Shown here in pieces: positions 37,323-43,371 of a DNA stretch of 64,000 nucleotides. This DNA is from Escherichia phage vB_EcoM-LTH01. The translations under genes were made by a program, and so were the position numbers. The notes under the pieces are model-generated. The model worked only from the letters and a program-made list of their open reading frames with translations. It was not told the DNA's origin and made no database searches. Within the stretch, counting starts at the first letter, position 1; every line of letters begins with the position of its first letter. The DNA is taken from sequence record PP430345; one strand, 5' to 3'.

Positions 37323-38855
37323 TCAATTTTCTAAATTAGAAACTGAATTATCTCTTGTTCCGCTAATCTTTGCAGTCCCGTTTCCAGAAGTCCCCTGTGC
37401 AAAGCCATCGCCAGAACGACTGGTATTATCTCCAAGGAGAAGCATAAGTTCTTCTTGCGAAATATCTTCACCAACTTGATAATCGATTCCAAGAACATCA
37501 AGAATGCGATTAATAACTTCCGGTGTCTTAGGCAAGTAGCCGACAGCACCCATACGCTGAACCGCTTTAGAGAAACCTTCCATGTCTGTATCAACGATCT
37601 GACCAAATTTAACGAATGGCATTTCTTTTTCTGCCAGACGAATACCGTTCAGAGCCAGAAGCTGAGGGAGCAGGTTTTCATTCAGTGCTTCAGCGATAAT
37701 TTCATTAACACGTTGTACAAATTGAGTATGGATAGTTTGTTTTGATTCCGACAGGTTGTATGAACCAGAAGCATCATTACCTACGTTCAGGAATCCCGCG
37801 CCCAGACGATCAAGGATTGATTTTTTACGATCACTGATCAGGTCACGAGTACTGTACTGTTTACCCATACCGTCAATGCCCTTCAGAGACATTGAGTACA
37901 GGGGTGAGTTATCTTTAACGTCAGACGGTAACATAAAGAAAGATTGCTCGCCTGAGTGGGCGTTTGCGGCATCCATCATTAGACCTTGAACCATCTCAGC
38001 TTCGTAGCTGGAAGGGTCGATAGCTGCTTTGTTAAGAATAGCAGAAGGAATCTTCAGTTCGATAACACCACCCATGTCTTTCGTAGCACCAACAACTTCA
38101 AGGTTCTCGATAAGAACTTTTTCACGCCAAGGTCGGTAACAAGCAACCAGCGGAGAAACGCCGAGCGCTTGAGAAGAAGAACCGCCAGTCGTCATGATCA
38201 TCAGCTTGTTTGCTGGAATAACAACATCATTCCCTCTACGAGAACCAGTCAGGCCACTCATAGAAGCACCAAGTGGACTATCTGTGTAGTTCTTGAAAGA
38301 ATCAAGTGACTGTTTAACACCAATAACACGAGAACCATCATCGCTGTACACGAGAGGGTTTTTACGACTCAGAGAAGCCTGTGGACGGAATGCAAGGTTT
38401 TTAATCTTAAATCGTCCTGCATATTCACCAGTCTGGATCTGAGTATATACCTTCTCAACTACAGAGATGCCGTATTCGTTAAATGTGGCAGCGTCACGGG
38501 CAAATTGACGCAGGGTTTGACCTTCCATGTTACGAAGGCAGAAGGTAATGAACTCGGCTGCGTCTTGAGACTCTTTAGATTTGCCAGGGATTACTTTGAA
38601 GTCCTTGAATGCTTTCTCTACGAAAGTGTAAAGCATATCAAGACCAGTCGCTACCGTAGCATCTTGTTTCATAGCTTCAACTGTACCGATCAATTGAGGC
38701 CATTTAATTTCTTCAGCTTTCATGCGTTCAGTTTCTACCTGAACCTTAGCTAAAGCAAAAGTACCTTGCTCACTCATTCGTAAACGAGCAACGTTTAATT
38801 CTTCGCTCGTCGCTTTACGAACCTGTGTGTTGCGACCTTTATTCTTCTTCTTCAA
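37323..38855 (-). CDS. portal protein (510 aa)
   Basis: Size and position immediately after the large terminase. TTG start with GAGGGG SD. Confidence 0.8.
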   Translation of the reverse strand: MKKKNKGRNTQVRKATSEELNVARLRMSEQGTFALAKVQVETERMKAEEIKWPQLIGTVEAMKQDATVATGLDMLYTFVEKAFKDFKVIPGKSKESQDAAEFITFCLRNMEGQTLRQFARDAATFNEYGISVVEKVYTQIQTGEYAGRFKIKNLAFRPQASLSRKNPLVYSDDGSRVIGVKQSLDSFKNYTDSPLGASMSGLTGSRRGNDVVIPANKLMIMTTGGSSSQALGVSPLVACYRPWREKVLIENLEVVGATKDMGGVIELKIPSAILNKAAIDPSSYEAEMVQGLMMDAANAHSGEQSFFMLPSDVKDNSPLYSMSLKGIDGMGKQYSTRDLISDRKKSILDRLGAGFLNVGNDASGSYNLSESKQTIHTQFVQRVNEIIAEALNENLLPQLLALNGIRLAEKEMPFVKFGQIVDTDMEGFSKAVQRMGAVGYLPKTPEVINRILDVLGIDYQVGEDISQEELMLLLGDNTSRSGDGFAQGTSGNGTAKISGTRDNSVSNLEN

Positions 38856-38870
38856 AATAATTCCCCTCAG

Positions 38871-40358
38871 TTATCGTCTATACCTGGAATACATCGTAGG
38901 GGCGTGAGGTCGTGGTATTGGAACAGCACGGACAATTTCTGTTTTCTCCAGATAGTTAATACCCGAAGAGATGGCATCCACCCAGTCGTCCTTACGTGAT
39001 CCAGTTGACCTCTCGCCGTCGAAAGATTCAAGTTCCTTCAATAAAGCTTCTAATGTGTCCACAGGGAAAGATTTCTCAACAATCCGTACAAATCCGTTCT
39101 GTGCTAAGTTAGCGAACGGAGAGAAGCGTACAAGCTTCTTTTTGTTACCTGGTGTTGGGTCTTTCTCAACCATGAACCCTTGATTCAATAACTCACGAGA
39201 AGATGTAGTAAATTCGGATAGACCTGCTTGACCAGGGTCAACAGGGAAGATGATCCTAACGTCATCTCCGTCATGTATTGCCTGTTTAAGAATAATCTTG
39301 TCACGCTCACCTGCTTTTTTGCAGAAGCGTCCGGCTTGTCCAGTGGACCAATCGCCAGTATCAACGAATTCATCACAATAATCACCGAACAGGTAGTAGA
39401 ACCCATCCTGATCTCGCGCTACACCTATACCTGCCGTGAAGTCAGGTGTTTTGTTACCTGTGGAACGCTCTGTACCTGCTTTATCGTAAGATCTAACCTT
39501 GTCGCAATTAAGCGGGAGATGATCTACATTTTTGAGGAAAGAACGTTTAAAATAGTTTGCACCCTGCGGACGAGCATCCCAGTTACCATGAAGAAGTCGT
39601 GCACGGTCAACCTCGTTAAGACCTTCCAACTGAGCAAGGTATTCGGGGTTGTTGATAAGCATTGGCGGGTTGTCATAAATAGTGGAAGATATGAATGTGA
39701 ACGATACGGGCTTACATTTCTTACCATAACGTTTCTTCAACTCCTCTACTGAGTCTCCCCACATGTATTGGTCATCCACACGGACGAAATAACGAATAAC
39801 TCCGTCTTTTTCAGGATTAGGATAGCCATCCTTATCGAGATACCAGTCAACCATCTTACGAAGGTAATGATCAGGATCAGGGTTGCAACTTATTACCATA
39901 CGGGAAGGGTATTTTGAGTTTGAACGCAAACGGGACATCATATATTCCAACTGTTCCCATTCGAACTGTGTTCCTTCGTCAACTCCGATAAAGGTAAACT
40001 CCAATCCCTGAATATCGAATTTATCGCTTACGTGTTGCATAGACTGCCATTTAACGGTAGCCCCGTTAGGAAATGTTGCAGTCATTTCATTTTCTTTAAA
40101 CTTAGGCTTAACTACCGGAGGTAGTTGGTTGTAAATATCCTTAGCTTTGTCGAACAAACCACCTTGTCCACGAATCTGAGGGACGGTACGACGGAACATG
40201 ATACATGCTGTTCTGGGGTCGTTTACAATCAACAAAGGCATCAACTGGAGCAGGTAGGACTTACCTGATCCTGCTGCACCACCTATAACCATTATTTGTG
40301 CGTCAGATTCGAGAACCATTTGTTGCTTTCGACTCGCTGGTGCGAATGTAGCAGACAT
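38871..40358 (-). CDS. terL: terminase large subunit (495 aa)
   Basis: Walker A motif VIGGAAGSGKSYLL. Walker B / coupling region FIGVDEGTQF. C-terminal nuclease-type acidic motifs. Confidence 0.9.
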   Translation of the reverse strand: MSATFAPASRKQQMVLESDAQIMVIGGAAGSGKSYLLQLMPLLIVNDPRTACIMFRRTVPQIRGQGGLFDKAKDIYNQLPPVVKPKFKENEMTATFPNGATVKWQSMQHVSDKFDIQGLEFTFIGVDEGTQFEWEQLEYMMSRLRSNSKYPSRMVISCNPDPDHYLRKMVDWYLDKDGYPNPEKDGVIRYFVRVDDQYMWGDSVEELKKRYGKKCKPVSFTFISSTIYDNPPMLINNPEYLAQLEGLNEVDRARLLHGNWDARPQGANYFKRSFLKNVDHLPLNCDKVRSYDKAGTERSTGNKTPDFTAGIGVARDQDGFYYLFGDYCDEFVDTGDWSTGQAGRFCKKAGERDKIILKQAIHDGDDVRIIFPVDPGQAGLSEFTTSSRELLNQGFMVEKDPTPGNKKKLVRFSPFANLAQNGFVRIVEKSFPVDTLEALLKELESFDGERSTGSRKDDWVDAISSGINYLEKTEIVRAVPIPRPHAPTMYSRYRR

Positions 40359-40396
40359 AATTCTCCTTTAGTTCTTGACTTGAACTGATAAAAGGT

Positions 40397-40405
40397 ATAT
40401 TACCA
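40397..40405 (-). promoter_or_regulatory. extended -10 element TGgTAATAT (late cassette) upstream of terL
   Basis: Downstream of terminator 40412-40451 and 39 nt upstream of ATG 40358. Confidence 0.45.
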
Positions 40406-40411
40406 TAAAAA

Positions 40412-40451
40412 GGATAAAAAATAAAGGCCAATGCATAAAAGCACTGACCTT
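40412..40451 (-). terminator. rho-independent terminator after the spanin genes
   Basis: Minus strand reads AAGGUCAGUGC-UUUUAU-GCAUUGGCCUU (11 bp including 2 G.U) followed by TATTTTTTAT. Confidence 0.6.
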
Positions 40452-40458
40452 GTCAACA

Positions 40459-40758
40459 TTATTTGCAGAACTCTGGTGGATTTTCTTTAAAAATATTACA
40501 AACGTAGGTCTGTAATCCTTCAGCACGTCTTTCTATTCTTGCAGCACGAAGATTGTTATGACTAAGAACGTCAGCAACAGTTGTCTTTGCAGAGCGTTTT
40601 TCCATAACCAGCTTAGGACCTTCTTTCTTCATAAGTTCAAGATCCGGCTTTTCGATCAGCTTTTCTATCTTAACTTCTTCAGTAGGACCACAAATTTCTT
40701 TACTCTGACAACCAACAAGACCAAAACAAAGGATAATTCCGGCGATAATCTTCTTCAT
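40459..40758 (-). CDS. outer-membrane spanin lipoprotein (o-spanin, 99 aa)
   Basis: Signal peptide with lipobox MKKIIAGIILCFGLVG|C. Directly follows the i-spanin gene with a 1-nt overlap. Confidence 0.65.
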   Translation of the reverse strand: MKKIIAGIILCFGLVGCQSKEICGPTEEVKIEKLIEKPDLELMKKEGPKLVMEKRSAKTTVADVLSHNNLRAARIERRAEGLQTYVCNIFKENPPEFCK

Positions 40759-41117
40759 TATTCCCCCAGTGATTTGTTATAGATATCAACTATCTCATCA
40801 TCCATAAATATTTCTTGTCCCTTTTTAGATTTTGCATAGTCGATTCTCATTGCCTCTACTTCATCACGTAATTTTTCCTCAGCGATGATCCGTTTTGCAT
40901 TTGCATAAGAAAGTTCTTCATTCAATCTCTTATTCTCTTCCAATGTAGAGTCAAGCTTTCCTTTGTACTCAGTAGCTTTCTTTATCCAAGCCGTGTTTGC
41001 AGCATCGTAGCCTTTGTCATATCCCACAGACTCAACGTGTCCGAGATACAGTTTTCCAGAAGTAAATAACGCAACGCCGATCATTGCGTAAATGAAATAT
41101 TTTTTAGCGGGTAACAT
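40758..41117 (-). CDS. inner-membrane spanin (i-spanin, 119 aa)
   Basis: ATG 41117 has an AAAGGAGGA SD. N-terminal TM (YFIYAMIGVALFTSG) followed by a coiled coil (LEENKRLNEELSYANAKRIIAEEKLRDEVEAM). Confidence 0.6.
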   Translation of the reverse strand: MLPAKKYFIYAMIGVALFTSGKLYLGHVESVGYDKGYDAANTAWIKKATEYKGKLDSTLEENKRLNEELSYANAKRIIAEEKLRDEVEAMRIDYAKSKKGQEIFMDDEIVDIYNKSLGE

Positions 41118-41136
41118 ATAAATCCTCCTTTTGGAT

Positions 41137-41145
41137 ATTTTATCA
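41137..41145 (-). promoter_or_regulatory. extended -10 element TGaTAAAAT (late cassette) upstream of the spanins
   Basis: Downstream of the tRNA-operon terminator and 20 nt upstream of ATG 41117. Confidence 0.45.
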
Positions 41146-41155
41146 CCGAAATCAC

Positions 41156-41185
41156 AAATAAAAAAGCCTCCCAAATGAGGGAGGC
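41156..41185 (-). terminator. rho-independent terminator closing the tRNA operon
   Basis: Minus strand reads GCCTCCC-TCATTT-GGGAGGC followed by TTTTTATTT. Confidence 0.7.
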
Positions 41186-41234
41186 TGAGGCGAAGGAGAG
41201 GAGATTATATTATTGTTATTATATGAGGGTAAAT

Positions 41235-41309
41235 TGGCTGGGGATACTGGACTCGAACCAGTGAATGTTGGAATCAAAATCCAATGCCTTACCGCTTGGC
41301 TAATCCCCA
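41235..41309 (-). tRNA. tRNA-Gln (anticodon UUG), CCA encoded
   Basis: Hand-folded canonical cloverleaf. Acceptor TGGGGAT/ATCCCCA, anticodon arm TTGGA-TTTTGAT-TCCAA, T arm ACTGG-TTCGAGT-CCAGT. Confidence 0.9.
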
Positions 41310-41317
41310 TTTTTGTT

Positions 41318-41393
41318 TGGAGCGGATAACGAGACTCGAACTCGTGACATTCTGATTGGAAATCAGAAGCTCTACCAACTGAGCTATACCCGC
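41318..41393 (-). tRNA. tRNA-Gly (anticodon UCC), CCA encoded
   Basis: Acceptor GCGGGTA/TATCCGC, D arm AGCTCAGTTGGTAGAGC, anticodon arm TCTGA-TTTCCAA-TCAGA, T arm ACGAG-TTCGAGT-CTCGT. Confidence 0.9.
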
Positions 41394-41398
41394 ATATT

Positions 41399-41475
41399 TG
41401 GTCGGTGTACGAGGATTTGAACCTCGAACCTAATGCTCCCAAAGCATTCGCGCTACCAAGTTGCGCTATACACCG
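41399..41475 (-). tRNA. tRNA-Pro (anticodon UGG), CCA encoded
   Basis: Acceptor CGGTGTA/TACACCG, anticodon arm AATGC-TTTGGGA-GCATT, T arm CGAGG-TTCAAAT-CCTCG. Confidence 0.9.
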
Positions 41476-41479
41476 TATT

Positions 41480-41560
41480 TGGCGTGAAGGTGAAGAGTCG
41501 AACTCCTTACGACTGGTTTTGGAGGCCAGCTTGCCACCGTGACAATTATGTTACCCGCAC
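41480..41560 (-). tRNA. tRNA-Trp-like (anticodon CCA), atypical 81-nt form
   Basis: Canonical loop CTCCAAA, T loop TTCGACT and CCA. However, the acceptor GTGCGGG/CCTTCAC has a C.U mismatch, and 8 nt rather than 2 precede a TTGTCA-CGG-TGGCAA D hairpin. Confidence 0.55.
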
Positions 41561-41567
41561 ATTAATT

Positions 41568-41642
41568 TGGTTTCCGTACTGGATTCGAACCAGTATCACA
41601 ACGAGACGTTGCGGGAATCTTATCCTATAAGCCTAACGGAAA
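41568..41642 (-). tRNA. tRNA-Arg(UCU)-like with a closed anticodon loop
   Basis: Perfect acceptor TTTCCGT/ACGGAAA, T arm ACTGG-TTCGAAT-CCAGT and CCA. The anticodon arm is CGCAACG-TCT-CGTTGTG (opened, the loop is CGUCUCG with no U33). D arm is CTTAT-AGG-ATAAG. Confidence 0.5.
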
Positions 41643-41645
41643 ATT

Positions 41646-41732
41646 TGGTGCATTGTGATGGAGTCGAACCACCCGAGTTCTATGAACAGCAGATTTACAG
41701 TCTGCCCCGCTACCCCTACGGTCTAACAATGC
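41646..41732 (-). tRNA. tRNA-Tyr (anticodon GUA), type II, CCA encoded
   Basis: Acceptor GCATTGT/ACAATGC, anticodon arm GCAGA-CTGTAAA-TCTGC, variable arm GTTC-ATA-GAAC, T arm GGTGG-TTCGACT-CCATC. The D region is irregular, with 4 nt before the CCG/CGG stem. Confidence 0.7.
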
Positions 41733-42040
41733 CTTATCCTACGGTCACACAAGTCTGACCATCTATCTCTGAGCAAGGGATTTCAAAATGTCTCCCGTCC
41801 CCAAATACATCTCGCCACATAGTCTATTCGGAAGCGGGAGTCTATGCACACCCCTTGCGGTAAGTGACCTCACTTTGAGATCAGCATCTTCCTTATTCGA
41901 CGAGTTAAATTCTCTTTAAGGTAGCCAGTGTTCGCAGCACTAACTATGAGGTATCCGTAAGATGATTTCAGTCATCTACCGAAAAATTACACCAAGCAAC
42001 TACCTTAAAGAGAACTTCTTAGTAAAGGCCCTTGCGAGCC
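41733..42040 (-). ncRNA. candidate structured stable RNA(s) inside the tRNA operon (~300 nt, ORF-free)
   Basis: No ORF. A 15-bp perfect long-range helix (41910-41924 / 42000-42014) encloses two hairpins. Further hairpins lie at about 41742-41759, 41856-41873 and 42025-42042. Confidence 0.35.
41910..42014 (-). repeat. 15-bp perfect inverted repeat (TTCTCTTTAAGGTAG / CTACCTTAAAGAGAA) separated by 75 nt
   Basis: Read directly from the sequence. The loop contains AGATGA-CTGAAA-TCATCT and AGTG-CTGCGAA-CACT hairpins (minus-strand sense). Confidence 0.8.
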
Positions 42041-42042
42041 TT
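42025..42042 (-). terminator. strand-specific hairpin with GCAA tetraloop at the ORF stop
   Basis: Minus strand reads AAGGCUC-GCAA-GGGCCUU (7 bp, one G.U). The same position is a C.A mismatch on the plus strand. No U-run, so it is likely a processing or stability element. Confidence 0.45.
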
Positions 42043-42415
42043 AATCTTCACCTTCTGCCATTTTATACTCACGAATCTGAGTAGTTAATGGAATAGCATC
42101 TTTAAATGCATCAGAAGGGCCTTGATGAGTTTCTGAATTTGCAGAAGTAGTTCCTCCTGCCAGATCCTCTTCATTATCTTCCATTGTGTACAGATTGTTT
42201 GCCTTTTCAGCTTGCTCAAGAATATACTTCGCAGTAGTTTCTTTAACTTTCTCTGTACCGGAAGTCAGTAGACCTTCCAGAGTTTTAATTGCTTGAGGAG
42301 TAAGTCTTGCAAACTCGGAACGAGCATGAAGAATTGCTCTCTCAGTATTGATTGCAATGCTTTCCTCTGTAGTAGGCCGACCGCGTTTTCGAGTAACGAT
42401 TTCAGCTTTAGCCAT
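42041..42415 (-). CDS. putative DNA-binding protein embedded in the tRNA operon (124 aa)
   Basis: ATG 42415 lies 6 nt after GAGG. N-terminus MAKAEIVTRKRGRPTTEE carries an AT-hook-like GRP followed by helical HTH-like segments. It resembles small-terminase N-termini, but this is unproven. Confidence 0.5.
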   Translation of the reverse strand: MAKAEIVTRKRGRPTTEESIAINTERAILHARSEFARLTPQAIKTLEGLLTSGTEKVKETTAKYILEQAEKANNLYTMEDNEEDLAGGTTSANSETHQGPSDAFKDAIPLTTQIREYKMAEGED

Positions 42416-42442
42416 AAACACCTCAATTCAGTCGATATAACT

Positions 42443-42471
42443 ATATTAGCAGTATAATAGGATTATGTCAA
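42443..42471 (-). promoter_or_regulatory. sigma70-type promoter internal to the tRNA operon
   Basis: Minus strand reads TTGACA (42471-42466), 17-nt spacer, TAATAT (42448-42443). Confidence 0.6.
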
Positions 42472-42607
42472 GAACTTATTGAAATGTATTAAGAAATGAA
42501 ATGGGGGTGCGCCGTTTCTGCTGTAATCTACGTCGTTATCGTTGAGGGAACTCGTAGTCAGGGAACATCAGTCCGACGACTTATCGGGAGCGACCCGACT
42601 TCTTATG
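42472..42607 (-). ncRNA. ORF-free spacer RNA downstream of tRNA-Met
   Basis: Contains hairpin CGGG-TCGCT-CCCG and direct repeats AAGTCG x2 and GTTCCCT x2 (minus sense). No T-loop motif. Confidence 0.2.
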
Positions 42608-42682
42608 TGGTGGCCCTGGGTGGAATCGAACCACCGTCTGGCGATTATGAGTCGCTTGCTTGAACCGTCCAGCTACAGGGCC
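42608..42682 (-). tRNA. tRNA-Met (anticodon CAU; could instead be an Ile2-type), CCA encoded
   Basis: Acceptor GGCCCTG/CAGGGCC, anticodon arm AGCGA-CTCATAA-TCGCC (A.C at positions 27-43), T arm GGTGG-TTCGATT-CCACC. Confidence 0.85.
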
Positions 42683-42698
42683 TGTATTTAAAAGAACT

Positions 42699-42784
42699 TA
42701 GCGCGGGAGGAAGGACTCGAACCTTCATACTCCAATTACTCGATTAACGACGGTTTAGAAGACCGTTGAGATACACCCGCGCTA
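42699..42784 (-). tRNA. tRNA-like element: UCU anticodon loop, long variable arm, no D arm, no encoded CCA
   Basis: 9-bp terminal stem TAGCGCGGG/CCCGCGCTA. T arm GAAGG-TTCGAGT-CCTTC. Anticodon arm ACGGT-CTTCTAA-ACCGT begins only 9 nt after the acceptor. A 23-nt variable region carries the hairpin TTAAT-CGAGTA-ATTGG. Confidence 0.45.
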
Positions 42785-42786
42785 AA

Positions 42787-43093
42787 TTCTCTTGTGGGTG
42801 GTGACAGGTTTTGGATATTTAACGACAGGATAACCTTAAACCTCGTCATCATGACAAGGGGTACACCGTAAAAGATTGTCGTGGTATTAAAACTATAATG
42901 ATCCGTGGATCACTAATCAGACGATCTTCGACGGCTCCCCGATATACACAGGGATGGACTGGGCATCCCATTTAGTCGCAGTCAACCAAAAGCGTAAATC
43001 GCGGCGGTGGTATATTGGTTCCAACATATATTTATCCACCCAGCCTTCAAGATGACTAATCTCTCAGGCAACAAAATAATCTTACATATTTAA
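42787..43093 (-). ncRNA. candidate structured RNA / long leader upstream of the tRNA-like element (~300 nt, ORF-free)
   Basis: Hairpins at 42841-42859 (7 bp), 42899-42912, 42951-42969 (GGGATG/CATCCC) and 43006-43040 (GGTGG..CCACC composite). Confidence 0.3.
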
Positions 43094-43267
43094 TCAGCTA
43101 TTGTCAACAGGTTTTTTACCATTAATGCAGAGATTACACATCACTGATCTCTTTGGTCCTAAAAACCTGTAACCGCAAACAAAACACTGACAAGTGTAGC
43201 CTTTTTGTTTTTCATGGTTGCGAGGATCATCGAAACTTAGAGATTCAAAGGTCTGGTCTTTCATCAT
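43094..43267 (-). CDS. small zinc-ribbon protein (57 aa)
   Basis: CQCFVCG..CNLC forms two CxxC pairs. ATG 43267 overlaps the stop of a 23-codon upstream mini-ORF (ATGA). Confidence 0.5.
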   Translation of the reverse strand: MMKDQTFESLSFDDPRNHEKQKGYTCQCFVCGYRFLGPKRSVMCNLCINGKKPVDNS

Positions 43268-43335
43268 ACATCCCAATTCTCCTCGTTAATAATTCCTTCT
43301 CCGAATCCTACGAAACCATCAAATTCGTCTTTCAT
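43264..43335 (-). CDS. possible 23-aa mini-ORF (MKDEFDGFVGFGEGIINEENWDV)
   Basis: ATG 43335. Its TGA overlaps the next ATG. Too short to support strongly. Confidence 0.2.
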   Translation of the reverse strand: MKDEFDGFVGFGEGIINEENWDV

Positions 43336-43371
43336 TAACCTTCTCCGTATCCAATCATGTATCTTCTCCTA

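Noticed and set aside
41152-41758. Track ORFs 41152..41442 (-), 41433..41630 (+) and 41567..41758 (+)
   Set aside because: They overlap the tRNA genes and the operon terminator. They lack SD sequences and have odd composition.
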